From contig NC_092675.1 of assembly GCF_964355755.1 (NCBI RefSeq), forward strand, positions 20,246,912 through 20,310,911: DNA of 64,000 nucleotides, given 5' to 3'. The position numbers were made by a program, and so were the translations under genes. The notes under the pieces were generated by a model. The model searched no databases. It saw nothing but the letters and a program-made list of their open reading frames with translations, and was not told the DNA's origin. Within the stretch, counting starts at the first letter, position 1. Every line of letters starts with the position of its first letter. This document shows positions 22,199 through 39,459 of the stretch, one piece after another. This DNA is from Antedon mediterranea (Eukaryota; Animalia; Echinodermata).

Positions 22199-24250
22199 CA
22201 TAGTTGCCATTTCTGGCATTATTATGCTTTTTGGCATTATTTGGAGGCCCACGGCATCTGGCATAATGCCGCGGCTGTATTTAGCCGTTTTTAGCATAAT
22301 CTGGCATAATTTTGTGTTTTTTGAACAACCAAAAAAATAATATACCACAGAACAAAAATAAAATATTTTGTTAATACATATCACCTTACACAATATCATA
22401 TCGTAAAAAAACAGATCTGTTCGGGTTTTCCGTACAATAGTTCTTCCATCCTTTCGTTTCGGACTTCATCGACTCTTCGGATAGGAAGGCTGCTCGAAAA
22501 CTACCGTGTGTGCGATATAGGCAGCACAACAAATCCGAAGAGGCTAGCTATTGGCCAATTATGTTGCTCTATTTCAGAGATCATGCGGGTTATTGGATCC
22601 CCAGATATAGAGACAATTGAACGAAAACATTATGAAAGGGGTTTTGTTTTTTCAGTTCATAATTATAAGTGGCCACACCCCTACCCCAACCCTTAAAATG
22701 GCAATTTCCGGTAACTAGAAGCTCTAATTTTAAAAAGAATTTCTTCTAGAGAATTTGTTTTCCATATTTCAAATTATGTTCCATTTGCATCGTCGTAGCA
22801 ACCCTATATTTCAAAATGTTCTTCACCTCTCAGTGACCATGATGGGGCGAGGTCCTAGGGACTCTTATACATTTTTATTTAAAATTAAGTGCAATTTCCG
22901 GCCATCTAGCAGCTCTATTTTTCCAATTTGTTTTACCTCAGCCCCAACCATGGTGGGGCTGAGGTCCTGGAAACACTTAATATATATTTTTATTTCCTAT
23001 TTTAAATTATAATTTGCACTTTCAAAACTATCATGGGCTAAGATCCTTTTTATTTCACATTTGAAATTAAGTGCCATTTCCGGCCATTGAGTGAGCAGCT
23101 CTATTTTTTTCATATTTTCTTACCTCAGCCCCAACCATGGTGGGGTTGAGGTCCTGGAGACACAATTAATATATATTTTGATTTCCTATTTTAAATTATA
23201 ATTGCCATTTTCGAACTATGGTGGGCTAAGATCATGGAGACACTAATAAATATATTTTGATTTCATATTTTAAATTAAGTGCCATTATATTTCCGGCCAT
23301 CTAGCAGCTCTATTTTTCCAATTTGTTTTACCTCAGCCCCAACCATGGTGGGGCTGAGGTCCTGGAAACACTTAATATATATTTTTATTTCCTATTTTAA
23401 ATTATAATTGGCACTTTCAAAACTATCATGGGCTAAGATCCTGGAGGTATACTAATAAATATATTTTTATTTTATATTTGAAATTAAGTGCCATTTCCAA
23501 CCATTGAGCAGCTCTATTTTTTTCATATTTTCTTTCCTCAGCCCCAACCATGGTGGGGTTGAGGTCCTGGAGACACAATTAATATATATTTTGATTTCCT
23601 ATTTTAAATTATAATTGCCATTTTCGAACTATGGTGGGCTAAGATCATGGAGACACTAATAAATATATTTTTTTTCATATTTTAAATTAAGTGCCATTTC
23701 CGGCCATCGAGTAGGTATTTTTTTCCAAATTTTCTTATCAACCATGGTGGGGCTGAGGTCCTGGAGACACTCAAAATAATTTTTTTTATTTCCTATTTTA
23801 AATTATAATTGCTATTTTCTAATTATGGTGGGCTAAGATCCTTTCATATTTGAAATTAAGTGCAAAGATCCCGGCCATCGAGCAGCTCTCATATTTCAGT
23901 TCAAAAATTATAAATTTCCATGGCTGTGTAACAGGTTTTTTTTTTTTTGGGGTGGGGGAGGGGGTGGGGGTTGGTGTTGGTGTCAATTGCAATTACCATT
24001 TTCGCACCCCAGATATTTAGAATTATTAGTTATTACTCACAAAACTAAAAATATAAATTTTGTACGACATGGGGATACAATTTTAGGCCCTATTTTGTGT
24101 CAGTTGGGGTTTTACAAACGTTTATTAGACATAAAACCGTTGGTGGCGCTGTTTAGGGCCACATTTTGGGGATCTGGCATTATTTTTCCCAATCTGGCAT
24201 TATTTGAGACAGGATACGGCATAATTTAAATTTTATCGCTGGCAACGCTG
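22199..24250. mobile_element. Non-autonomous hAT element (unit A only)
   Basis: 8-bp TSD GACAGGCT (22191-22198, 24251-24258); TIR CATAGTTGCCA/TGGCAACGCTG; empty site in B at ~42866. Confidence 0.88.
22880..23890. repeat. ~200-bp satellite-like tandem array (~5 units) inside the hAT element
   Basis: TTAAGTGCCATTTCCGGCCAT...CCTCAGCCCCAACCATGGTGGGGCTGAGG recurs at ~22885, 23068, 23275, 23486 and 23689, with a partial unit at 23857. Confidence 0.85.
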
Positions 24251-24420
24251 GACAGGCTACAGTACAGCATAATTTAAATTCAACGCTGACCAAAGAAGGA
24301 AGGATATTGACATTATCAATTGACAATGTTATTGTTATATCATATTTGTTTCTCAATCTTTAAATAAAATTACCAGGATTGGTGACATTTATAGAAACTT
24401 GCGTCGTCAACTCAGAGATA

Positions 24421-24454
24421 GTCATTCATTTTCCGTCCGGGTACGACGGTAAGT
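24421..24454 (+). promoter_or_regulatory. Candidate initiator plus splice donor (possible non-coding exon 1 of the next ZNF gene)
   Basis: Inr-like TCATTC and CG|GTAAGT at 24449; identical in B (43066) and C (63521). No transcript evidence. Confidence 0.3.
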
Positions 24455-24732
24455 AAGGCCACAGTTACTTGTGGCATCATGATGGAGTAATCTTCACTCC
24501 ATGCTTGTGGTGGTATACTCGCTGCCTCCTGCTAACAGGCGATGTGAAAATTGTACTCGCGTCCAATAACGACATGACAATGGCCTTTATTTATTCGCGC
24601 GTTATTTATTACCGTTCTGCATTTTATGGCATTATCAATCAATCAACTTATCAATCAATATTGAAACACTAGTTATAGTTTATTAATTAATTAATGTTTG
24701 CGAGGAAAAAAAAGTATAAAATACACCACTAA

Positions 24733-26354
24733 CTGGGGCGGATCCAAAGGGGGGGGGGGGGGTGTCCACGGGGTCCGGACCCCCCCTAAATTTTAAGGGT
24801 GCCCTTTTTTTAGAGGTTCAATATTTTATTCGTGTGACATATTTGTGTGTATATTAGTATGCACAGAGTAAGCTACACTAACCCCAAAAATAAAAACAGA
24901 AATTTATCACAATGAGCGCGATGTTACAGCGGCCGATCAAAGAGCATTGTGAGAGGTGGTGATGCGTGATGATCTCTACTTAAACTTCTAAAAATAGATC
25001 GTTTCGCATACTACAGAGGGCGCATGTAAACTTTTTACGATTCAACTCCGCGTACGTTACCATGCGCGTTCTGTCATTGACGCGATTATTTGTCCATTGG
25101 TAAACACATTTTTATGTATTATTATTCTGAAAATAATTGAACTGTAAACATAATTCTTTTGAGTATTTGTTTATTTACATATCATTCCATCAGATCAACT
25201 ATTTTTTATTTACATTACATCCAACCAAACATGTAAAAAATGTAGTTAAAATATCGTACTATCTACCGCGTACGACCATACGCGGTAGATTGTTTACTCA
25301 AAAATCATCGAACGGTCCTTACACTATACTATTCAACCTTGTTTTTATAGTTGAGCCTCTCATGACCTGGGATTTGTTTGTCTTCCTACGCCAAGATAAT
25401 ATAGTTCTACAAGCCATGTGCTTTTTTCTCTGAGAAATATTTATTATAAGTGCCAAAAAAATGTTTTTTTCTCGATATGAAGCCTTTATTATTCAAATCT
25501 TTTAAAGAAAAATCACACATACCATAAAGAAGGTTCATTTATTTCATTTTTGAAACAATATTTGTGAAAATTACGTGAGGCTCAACTACAAAACCACCAT
25601 TTTGTGATATGATGTCATCGTAAGCCAATCATAGCTGAGCTTTCCCGCGATCGGCAGAGCTCACGGTTGAATGATTTTGGATTCTGGCTATTTCATTGGT
25701 GGACGCGAATCACCCACAGCGGAATGTTTTCTCTCGCGCGCGTGTACCAAGAAGTCACGTGATCTCTCTGTACTGAACGGTACTCTACACAAATTTAGAG
25801 CAATGAATTTGTACGAATTCCGTTAAATAAACAACTCTATATATTTTATAAACATTTAATAATATTTTATTGATATTTCCAATGTTGATATATAAAAGAA
25901 ATTACTATAAAACGTAATTATATGTAATTATTTTAGCGAAAAATGGCGCAATTTGTTTACAACGTTCGTGGCTGCTAAAAACGATCATTTTCGGCAATGT
26001 TTTAGACCCTATATTTCGAAAACTACAAGTCAGATTTTCGTAATTCTTTCTTTATTGGAATATTGAAACAAAATACCAACAGATAATGTTTAAATTGGTT
26101 GAAAAATAACGACTTTTAATTTTGCATCGTTATCCCTGCTAATAAAGTGTCATTTCCGGCGAACTAGAAAGGTGCCATTTATCATGGATTTTGCGTGCGA
26201 GAGTGCCATTTCCGGCCATCTAAGTGTGTCCTGTAACAAAATTCGCTTCGCCACAACCCCCACCATGGGGGGGCTGTGGCTCAAATACTCAATATCTGAT
26301 GTGCCCTTTTTATCAGCGGACCCCCCCTCTCAAAAATGTCTGGATCCGCCCCAG
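24733..26354. mobile_element. hAT-like non-autonomous element with a 5-bp TSD (unit A only)
   Basis: TIR CTGGGGCGGATCCA/TGGATCCGCCCCAG; TSD ACTAA (24728-24732, 26355-26359); empty site ACCACTAAACAATG in B and C. Confidence 0.85.
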
Positions 26355-26379
26355 ACTAAACAATGTGTCCACATATACT

Positions 26380-26785
26380 GAGAGATACCTAAAACAAGCA
26401 TGGCAATTTCGAAATGATTCACTGAATTCCATGACTCAATAACTATGTTATCTACATTTCTACATTAAGTAAATTGAAAAAAGTGGGGGGGGGGGGGGGA
26501 GTTGGGGGTTTCTCGTAATAAGCTGTGTTTATCAGTTGATTTTATTTTATTTTATACACTTTTACTATATCTTGTTTTGTATTCATTGTGTAAAGTAATG
26601 ATCTACTGTATGTATCGATGTAAATTGGGGGTGGGGTGGGGGAGGGGTAGGATAGGGGTTGATAGTTGCTTTTGCCTTTTTTTACTTTTCTGTTAATTGT
26701 TATATTTTATATTGTAAAGGATGCACCTTTGTGCTAAGTGTGCCACCGATCTAAAGGTGTAATTCCAAATAAATAAATAAAAATA
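26380..26785 (+). mobile_element. 5'-truncated LINE (ORF end, 3' UTR, (AAAT)n tail; unit A only)
   Basis: TSD ATACT (26375-26379, 26786-26790); reading frame ends ERYLKQAWQFRNDSLNSMTQ*; absent in B and C. Confidence 0.75.
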
Positions 26786-26960
26786 ATACTTTGATATTAA
26801 AAATCATATAATCAATCAAGCCATCAAAATATAACCAAGCCTCACCAGTAAAAATTGAAAATTATACAAAATGGAATATTATGGATGGTATATATGAAAA
26901 TATTGTTGAAAAGTGATATTGTACTTTGAATCTTGGTGGCAACCTAATTATAGCTTTAAC

Positions 26961-26985
26961 CATGGAGGTATTTTATACCTCCATG
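26961..26985. mobile_element. 25-bp palindromic scar with a 7-bp TSD (P-element-like)
   Basis: CTTTAAC[CATGGAGGTATTTTATACCTCCATG]CTTTAAC; single CTTTAAC in A and C. Confidence 0.75.
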
Positions 26986-28089
26986 CTTTAACATTAATAA
27001 ATACTGTATGTCTATTGTATAACTTTAAAAAAGAAATCACAGATATATAGAAAATAATGTTTCTTTGAAGGAATAAAATGTATAGGCCTATACTTGATGT
27101 CGAACTTTCCAGACGGGTATATCGCTTTAAGAGATGCATGCGCATCAACCAAAGACGAGGTTGAAACATCAGATTGCCTTATGTAAAGAAATGTCTTATC
27201 ACTGTTCATTCAAAACAGAGATACTCAAACACATTTATTTATTTTATTTGTTCTTTCTTTAAACTGAAATACACTTTCAATACAAATCTACTGATTTCCA
27301 AAGTGGTTCAGTAAACATAGTTACAACAAAAATAAAATATAAAAGAAAAACAAAAAGAAAGAAAACCGATATAAAACTATTTACAATTGTGAAGGTAAAA
27401 AGGTTAATACATATATGTTTTCTATAGTGAAGATTTAAAAGTTGTCAAAGACATATTATGGAGTTCTGATTTTATGTTATTTGGTAGAGAATTCCATAGT
27501 TTAGTTGATCTATAAACAAAAGTTCTTTTATTTTAGCCTGAGAGTTATTCCATGAAGTCATTATTACACATATACCCAAGCACATTATCTATGTATTTTC
27601 CACTCTGTCTGATCTATAATACCCCTTTTTTTTACACTGCCAAGCTATGTGAAAGTGTTCTCTTCTTTTTATTGTATAGGTTTGCAGGTTTAATTTTTGT
27701 AGTGTAGTGTAGTACAGTATATGAGGTTCTACAGCTAATTAAATATGCAAGGTCTTGTACTCACACCTCCTAAATATTGGGCAGGTATGTAAACAAAGAC
27801 AGATATCATGTATCAAGTTATCTTAATCTCTAGAATTCACTTCTATTAGAACATCAGTGCTGTGAACATCATAGTCTTTTCTGCAGAGTTTATTTAAAAT
27901 TAACATTACCAAAACTCAATTTTGTAATTTGTTAACTGTAAGTAAAATCAATATTACAATTTTCTTGTTGATTTAACTATGTAGGTTTATGTAATGATTT
28001 AGTTTATATTATTAACATACAGAACAGCATGTACAGTGTCACAATGTAATGGTGTGGCCAATCAGATTATAAGGGAAATAAATTATTTT

Positions 28090-28841
28090 GGACTAGTAGG
28101 TTAGGACTAGTAGGTTAGGACTAGTAGGTTAGGACTAGTAGGTTAGGACTAGTAGGTTAGGACTAGTAGGTTAGGACTAGTAGGTTAGGACTAGTAGGTT
28201 AGGACTAGTAGGTTAGGACTAGTAGGTTAGGACTAGTAGGTTAGGACTAGTAGGTTAGGACTAGTAGGTTAGGACTAGTAGGTTAGGACTAGTAGGTTAG
28301 GACTAGTAGGTTAGGACTAGTAGGTTAGGACTAGTAGGTTAGGACTAGTAGGTTAGGACTAGTAGGTTAGGACTAGTAGGTTAGGACTAGTAGGTTAGGA
28401 CTAGCAGGTTAGGACTAGCAGGTTAGGACTAGCAGGTTAGGACTAGCAGGTTAGGACTAGCAGGTTAGGACTAGCAGGTTAGGACTAGCAGGTTAGGACT
28501 AGCAGGTTAGGACTAGCAGGTTAGGACTAGCAGGTTAGGACTAGCAGGTTAGGACTAGCAGGTTAGGACTAGCAGGTTAGGACTAGCAGGTTAGGACTAG
28601 CAGGTTAGGACTAGCAGGTTAGGACTAGCAGGTTAGGACTAGCAGGTTAGGACTAGCAGGTTAGGACTAGCAGGTTAGGACTAGCAGGTTAGGACTAGCA
28701 GGTTAGGACTAGCAGGTTAGGACTAGCAGGTTAGGACTAGCAGGTTAGGACTAGCAGGTTAGGACTAGCAGGTTAGGACTAGCAGGTTAGGACTAGCAGG
28801 TTAGGACTAGCAGGTTAGGACTAGCAGGTTAGGACTAGTAG
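28090..28841. repeat. 14-bp VNTR: 22 x GGACTAGTAGGTTA, then 31 x GGACTAGCAGGTTA, plus a partial
   Basis: Counted from coordinates; the switch is at unit start 28398. Confidence 0.97.
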
Positions 28842-29148
28842 TTGAACCTGAATGAATGGCATACTGTTACAGTGTTTTGTATAATTATTTTAGAAGGGAG
28901 AACCTGTACCTCATTAACAGTCAATGTATAAGGGTTGCAGTGTTGCGTATGTCTTTTCTTTTTGCAATTTGTAAATTTGTAATTTTTATCTTTTATTTTA
29001 AAATGTGTGGAGAAACTAATAAAACAAACAAACAAACAAAACTTTTACTTAAACCCGGTCATTCCTTGTCTTAAATGTACGTTTTATTTTATGGTAATTT
29101 TAACCATTCAAAGATGAAATTTGTTATCGCAATAGGACTATAGAGTTA

Positions 29149-30420
29149 GGCCAAATAAAAAAAAATACTTGTTAAGCGTCACACCCTCATAAATTTTCAG
29201 GGGCGGGGGGACGGTTTTTTTTTTTTTTTTTTTTTTACTTTTTATGGAGGTATAATTTTGCGCGATGGACGTTTTGGCCCACTTTTTTTTAGGACGAAAC
29301 GTCAAACTTTTAAAATGCGAAACAGAACAAAATTGACTATGTATGAAATATTATTGCTTATGACAAAATTGAGTTTTGTATTGTTTATATCCAGACGTAA
29401 TTAAAACATTAAATTTAATTGCCACCGAGCGAAATTGTAGGCCCTAGGCTAATCCGTCCAAGCTGCCACCCCCGCCTCACTCATCGGCGGCCATGGTCCG
29501 CCGTCTCTCGCTTGACTCATCTATCCAGGAAATTCCCTATCGCGAGAAGCATGATGTTGGTCTCAATAATACTAAATTATAGTGGGCTGCTGATTTTGAA
29601 AACGGCTTACGGCATTTCTTAAGTGAATTTTTATTCAACGTATTCATTCTTCTTTGATGAATCCGTTGCCAATTGCTGTGTAAATCAGTATTTAAAGTTG
29701 TGACGCGAAAAGTGTGTGTAATTATTCCACAGGTAAACCAGGCATAAGAAAACGCATCGCCGGGCCCATCGCCCAACAGGACCTCGTGGTGTGCCGATCT
29801 CGAGCGCGAGATCATCGTAAACAAAATTGGTAGAGTCCATTATGTATGGGGTGTTTCCTATTTACGAACCTATAAAAAACGCGTTCCGACCACTGTGTAG
29901 GCAAAATATTTATTTCAGTAATCCCTAAATTGATAATCGTGTATTCTGTAATCACGTGACTGATGATGTAATCCTCAGCGACGTACTAAATGCACGTGAT
30001 TTAATGTGTTGGGGAAAAAGCTTGCTGTTTACCACACATGATTCGCGGTGCTATTCGCATTTCCTTGACGTAAATCGGCGGCGTGTAAATGAAACAATTG
30101 TTTTCACCAAATTGCCGTTGTCGACATAGAGCGATCGGTGGCTAGCTAGCGTGGCTAAGCTAAGAAGTACGTATTTTTCAAAAATTACACCAGCCTAGCA
30201 AACATTTGCTAGTTCTGAAATTTTCAACTAGCAATTATGAAGAATCTACTAGCAAAATGCTAGTTTGCTAGCGCGAATTTTGAGCCCTGCTCTAGAGCTG
30301 GGCCGGGCCGCTAAACTTTCCGTTGTATATGGGTAAAAAAAAAATTAAAATAAAAAGAGAGGCGGCTGGATAATCAGGAGCGGGCGGTGACGCTTAACAA
30401 GTATGTTTTTTTATTTGGCC
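29149..30420. mobile_element. PIF/Harbinger-like non-autonomous element (unit B only), nested in an older Kolobok-like element
   Basis: TTA TSD; ~33-bp TIR GGCCAAATAAAAAAAAATACTTGTTAAGCGTCAC; empty site TAGAGTTATTTTTAC in C at ~49861. Confidence 0.85.
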
Positions 30421-31447
30421 TTATTTTTACATTAAATGTAGTTTGTGACCTTAAATTGGATTTTAAAAACGTACTGTAGGAATGGGACTTTAAACCAAAC
30501 TTGTGTCATGTCCAGATAAATTTCCATTTCACACCTGATTCAGAACCCGGAAAGTGTCAGACACTGGTTGCGTGTATTTACACTGCAAAATACCAACCCG
30601 TGTAAATGTTCTAGATTAATTGAAATATCGCCCTCTCGTGGATGAAGAGACACCCTGTAACGGTCTGCTCATTATCACCTTACATTTTATGGCAATACAA
30701 ACAAATTGTGTCTACTCGTGAAAAATAATATTTCTGGAAAAAAATAACGAAAACAAACAACTATACATTTAATTATTTAATATTTGAAAAAAGAAAAAAA
30801 ATCAGTCTTAATTGTATGTAAATTAAATACTATAGTGAGCAAGGATAGCAACCAACCGAAAAAAATATGCGGGACTGTTTACACCGCGAATACGCAAGTA
30901 CATAAGTTCGTTCCAGGTTGACTTGATGCGGAATACATTGCGCATCAAGGGCCTTTCACACCTGTTCCGGCATGGTTCTGGTTCGGCGAATCGAACGGCA
31001 ATGTTTCGTTTTCACTATGCTCCACATGGCTATGCGCCAATCGATATGTGCATGGCCGCGTAAAAATGAAACATTGGCTTTGCCAGCGCCAGACTGGAAC
31101 CGTGCAGACGGGCCCTTTACCCGTGTGGTTCAGCGACCGGGTTGACATTTTACCTTGTTTAAACCGGCCTGAATTTCTGCGTCCCAGGAACAATTTGGGT
31201 TACTTAATTCTGGATCAACTTGATTTGAGTTGTTATTTGTCCTAGACTCCTACTGTAAATTCAAACTATACTTTCAAATGATGTTTTTATTTACAATATA
31301 ATTTTGTACACAATTTTAATTTCAGTGATTTTTTTTATGAATGGTGGGTAATTTCTTTTTTTCAGTGACTTCTTGAAAGTGTACCAATACCCAGCGGTGG
31401 ACAGCCGGGGCAAGTCAGGCTTACAGTACTTATGCCATCTGTGAATA

Positions 31448-32950
31448 ATGAATTTATACAAAAGTGAACATTGTGGAGATAAACTTCAAACACACCAAGA
31501 GTTTAAATTTCTTCGATGTCAAGTGAACGTTGTCAGACTTTGTCTAGATTTAAATAGTGGATGGAGCAGACATTTGGGAGAGTACACAGAAGAGACGCCA
31601 TATGAATGTGTACATTGTGGAAAGAAATTCAACCAGAATGACGATCTGAAAAAACATATGAGAATACACACAGGAGAGAAACCATATGAATGTGAACATT
31701 GTGGGAAGAAATTCAACCAGAATGACGATCTGAAAAAACATATGAGAATACACAAAGAAGAGACACCATATAAATGTGAACATTGTGGGAAGAAATTCAA
31801 AGACAATGATGATCTGAAAAAACATTTGAGAATGCACACAGGAGAGAAACCACATGAATGTGAACATTGTGGAAAGAAGTTTAACCAGAGTGACGATCTG
31901 AAAAGACATATGAGAATACACACAGGAGAGAAACCATATGAATGTGAACATTGTGGGAAGAAATTCAACCAGAATGACGATCTGAAAAAACATATGAGAA
32001 TACACAAAGAAGAGACACCATATAAATGTGAACATTGTGGGAAGAAATTCAAAGACAATGATGATCTGAAAAAACATTTGAGAATGCACACAGGAGAGAA
32101 ACCACATGAATGTGAACATTGTGGAAAGAAGTTTAACCAGAGTGACGATCTGAAAAAACATATGAGAATACACACAGGAGAGGAACCATATGAATGTGAA
32201 CATTGTGGAAAGAAGTTTAACCAGAGTGATGATCTGAAAAAACATTTGAAAATACACACCAGAGAGAAAACATATGAATGTGAACATTGTGGGAAGAAAT
32301 TCAACCGGAATGACAGTTTGAAAAAACATATGAGAATACACACAGGAGAGAAACCATATGAATGTGAACATTGTGGGAAGAAATTCAACCACATTTGGAA
32401 TTTGAAAATTCATTTGAGAATACACACAGGAGAGAAACCATATGAATGTGAACATTGTGGGAAGAAATTCAACCAGATTGGGCGTTTGAAAATTCATTTG
32501 AGAATACACACAGGAGAGAAACCATATGAATGTGAACATTGTGGGAAGAAATTCAACTGGAATGACGATCTGAAAAAACATACGAGAATACACACAGGAG
32601 AGAAACCATATGAATGTGAACATTGTGGGAAGAAATTCAACCGGAATGACGTTCTGAAAAAACATATGAGAATACACACAGGAGAGAAACCATATGAATG
32701 TGAACATTGTGGGAAGAAATTCAACCAGATTGGGAATTTGGGAAGACATTTGAGAATACACACAGGAGAGACACCATATGAATGTGAACATTGTAAAAAG
32801 AAATTCAACCAGATTGGGAATTTGGGAAGACATTTTAGAATACACACAGGAGAGACACCATATGAATGTGAACATTGTGGGACGAAATTCAAACAGAATG
32901 ACGATCTGAAAAAAACATTTGAGAATACACACAGAAGAGACACCATATGA
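31448..32950 (+). CDS. Tandem C2H2 zinc-finger protein, paralog B (500 aa, ~16 finger units)
   Basis: Same leader as A; the ORF ends after a +1 A (A7 tract at 32909-32915). Confidence 0.8.
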   Translation: MNLYKSEHCGDKLQTHQEFKFLRCQVNVVRLCLDLNSGWSRHLGEYTEETPYECVHCGKKFNQNDDLKKHMRIHTGEKPYECEHCGKKFNQNDDLKKHMRIHKEETPYKCEHCGKKFKDNDDLKKHLRMHTGEKPHECEHCGKKFNQSDDLKRHMRIHTGEKPYECEHCGKKFNQNDDLKKHMRIHKEETPYKCEHCGKKFKDNDDLKKHLRMHTGEKPHECEHCGKKFNQSDDLKKHMRIHTGEEPYECEHCGKKFNQSDDLKKHLKIHTREKTYECEHCGKKFNRNDSLKKHMRIHTGEKPYECEHCGKKFNHIWNLKIHLRIHTGEKPYECEHCGKKFNQIGRLKIHLRIHTGEKPYECEHCGKKFNWNDDLKKHTRIHTGEKPYECEHCGKKFNRNDVLKKHMRIHTGEKPYECEHCGKKFNQIGNLGRHLRIHTGETPYECEHCKKKFNQIGNLGRHFRIHTGETPYECEHCGTKFKQNDDLKKTFENTHRRDTI

Positions 32951-37049
<4,099 letters not shown>

Positions 37050-39402
37050 ACATTGTGGGAAGGAATTGTTCATTGATAATTAAGTTTTGTGATCTTTTTT
37101 TTCTTTAATTGTTTTATATTTTCAATATCATTGAATATTATAGTATAGGCCTAACTAATATATCTTATCAGCTCTGTCTACACTATCAAACTTTATGAGA
37201 CTAAAATGTGTAGACATAGCTTTAGAGAACTTTTTTGTAATTGTTTTTTTTTTCTTTTGATGTTTTATTTTCTGTTTAAAAATAAGTTTTTTGAGCTGTG
37301 ATCGTGAAATTTTATATTTGTTGCATATTTTATATATGTTTGTTGAATTCAACATAAAGATATTGTATGATGTGTTTATGAATAAATATACAGTACCTTG
37401 AATTATTATATTGTGGGTTTTTCTCGATATACCTTCATCCTTCAAATATTTTAGGGAAAAAAAGCACCATTATTATAAAGAAGGTCCATCTATTTTTATT
37501 TTGTGAATATTCTGTGAGACTCGACTAAAAAACCATGTTTTGTGGTATATGTTGTCATTGTACGTACGGTAAGTTAAGCTGAGCTTTTTCTCCATGATTA
37601 CTTTTAAGAAATTATTGTAAGATATGTAGTAACACTTTTTAAAAACTTTTTGGAAATTATTTATTACAATTGCATATGTATTTAAACAAATAGAGAGACT
37701 AGGCATCGGAATCTTAACACATTTCTATTTAAAATAAAATTTAGGAGATAGAAAGGAAGCGGGAAGCCACAAACAAAAACAAAATTATGGTGTGCTCCCT
37801 AGCACGATATGGTTATCTGTGGTACCACGACATCAAATGCTTTGATGTTATCGCCTCATGATGTGTGGTGGAAAGGGGGACGTTTAAATCTGTGAACCCT
37901 AAACACAGAAGCTCGCATAGCTTAAACTCTATTCCACCAACCGACAAGGGATCGATTCAACACGACGCTCTGCCGACTGAGCTGTCCGGCCCTCTGGTTT
38001 ATCGCAAGGCTAAAACTAGATTCGTTTCTTCAAAATTACGTCATGAATATGCAAATTTATGACGTATAAGAATATACTATTGTCACCCTTTATTACTCAT
38101 GTACATTGTTGCATAACAGATAGTGCTCTAGTAACTATCGTTTGAATTCTCTCAACTCTAGTAGCTGGGGTTCAACGATTCTCTACGGATTTTTTTTAAA
38201 AATAAATATAAATTGTTTTTCTTTTATTTTGAAGGAGAGATATTTAGAGAGTCAAATTAATTTAGGATAATCACAACGATATATTTAGTGTAGACAACAC
38301 AATAAAACATTCTTAATATCAGGTAAAAAATAATACTGTTTCTTAATTGCTGTCCTAATGCAAATAAACACATAATAATAATTACATACACCCTGTATAT
38401 TAGTACTTAAAATATCGATAGGCTTTTTCAGTTGTTGAGGCATACTGTACATTCTGGAAACTTAATTATAAAAATATTTTTTTAAACACATTTATTATAA
38501 ATTTGTTCAATACACGCCCTTATATTGGAAGGTATGCTTGGTTGAATTAATTAGAAAAATCATTTAAAAATAGGCCACGTACAAAATTATAACATTACAT
38601 AAACTCATTACAAAAATACATTTTATAGAAAATATTCAAAATAGCCTATAAGGAAGATTAGGAGCTTTTTTCCGTTAGGGTCCTTTCATGTGACTTATCA
38701 GGATTTAATCCAAATAATAACAATCTTTGTGAAATCGTTTATTCTAAAAGAGATGGATATATTGTTTACTGTAATATTTCTGAATACGCAAACATGAATA
38801 GTAGCAGCAAGTACTTGGGTAACATATGGTAAGAAATGATTGTTTTAAGAAAAAAAAAAAGGGGGGGGGGGGAGTTAAAAAGTATAAAGCACACATGCAG
38901 TGTGGGTTTTTTGTTCGAATTTAATCTAAAAAGCAAATAGTAATAAATAATGTAATTAAAACTACGTCACTTGTGTAGTGGCGTGGACGAATGTAAAAAT
39001 ATGAAAGTTTGCACTTTGTTCGTTACACAAACTTATACATTTTGCGCATCCACCACGAGTAAAAAACGGAATTGCACTGGGAAGGGGTTTTAATACTACA
39101 TCTAAATTAATTAATTATCTGCCATCTTTGATCCAATCTAAATTTTCCACTCTTAGCTGTTCGTTTTACAAATAGTACATATTTTTGCTATCACACGTGC
39201 CAATACCATGGGGGTATCATAAGGGAAGCTCAGTTTAACTACATTTGGGCGATCTACCTATAGTAAATCAATGTAGACCTATGGATTACATTTTTCCGAA
39301 AGAAATTGATATAGGCTACCACGGTACTCGCATCTGGTGTAATATGCCTATTGCGACATTCAGACGGCTTTTTACTATATTGGATAAATGGAACGTGTTT
39401 TA

Positions 39403-39459
39403 TTTATTATTATTTTGATTAAACTAAAGCCTATACCAAAAAGCTAAAAGCCATCCTGC
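39403..39459 (-). mobile_element. Very short insertion resembling a retroelement 3' end (present in B, absent in A)
   Basis: 57-bp insert absent in A (~15725); its reverse complement ends in an (AAT)n-like tail. Confidence 0.5.

Noticed and set aside
28090-28841. Interstitial telomere
   Set aside because: Contains TTAGG only as part of a 14-mer, and the equivalent site in C has just two units, indicating local expansion.
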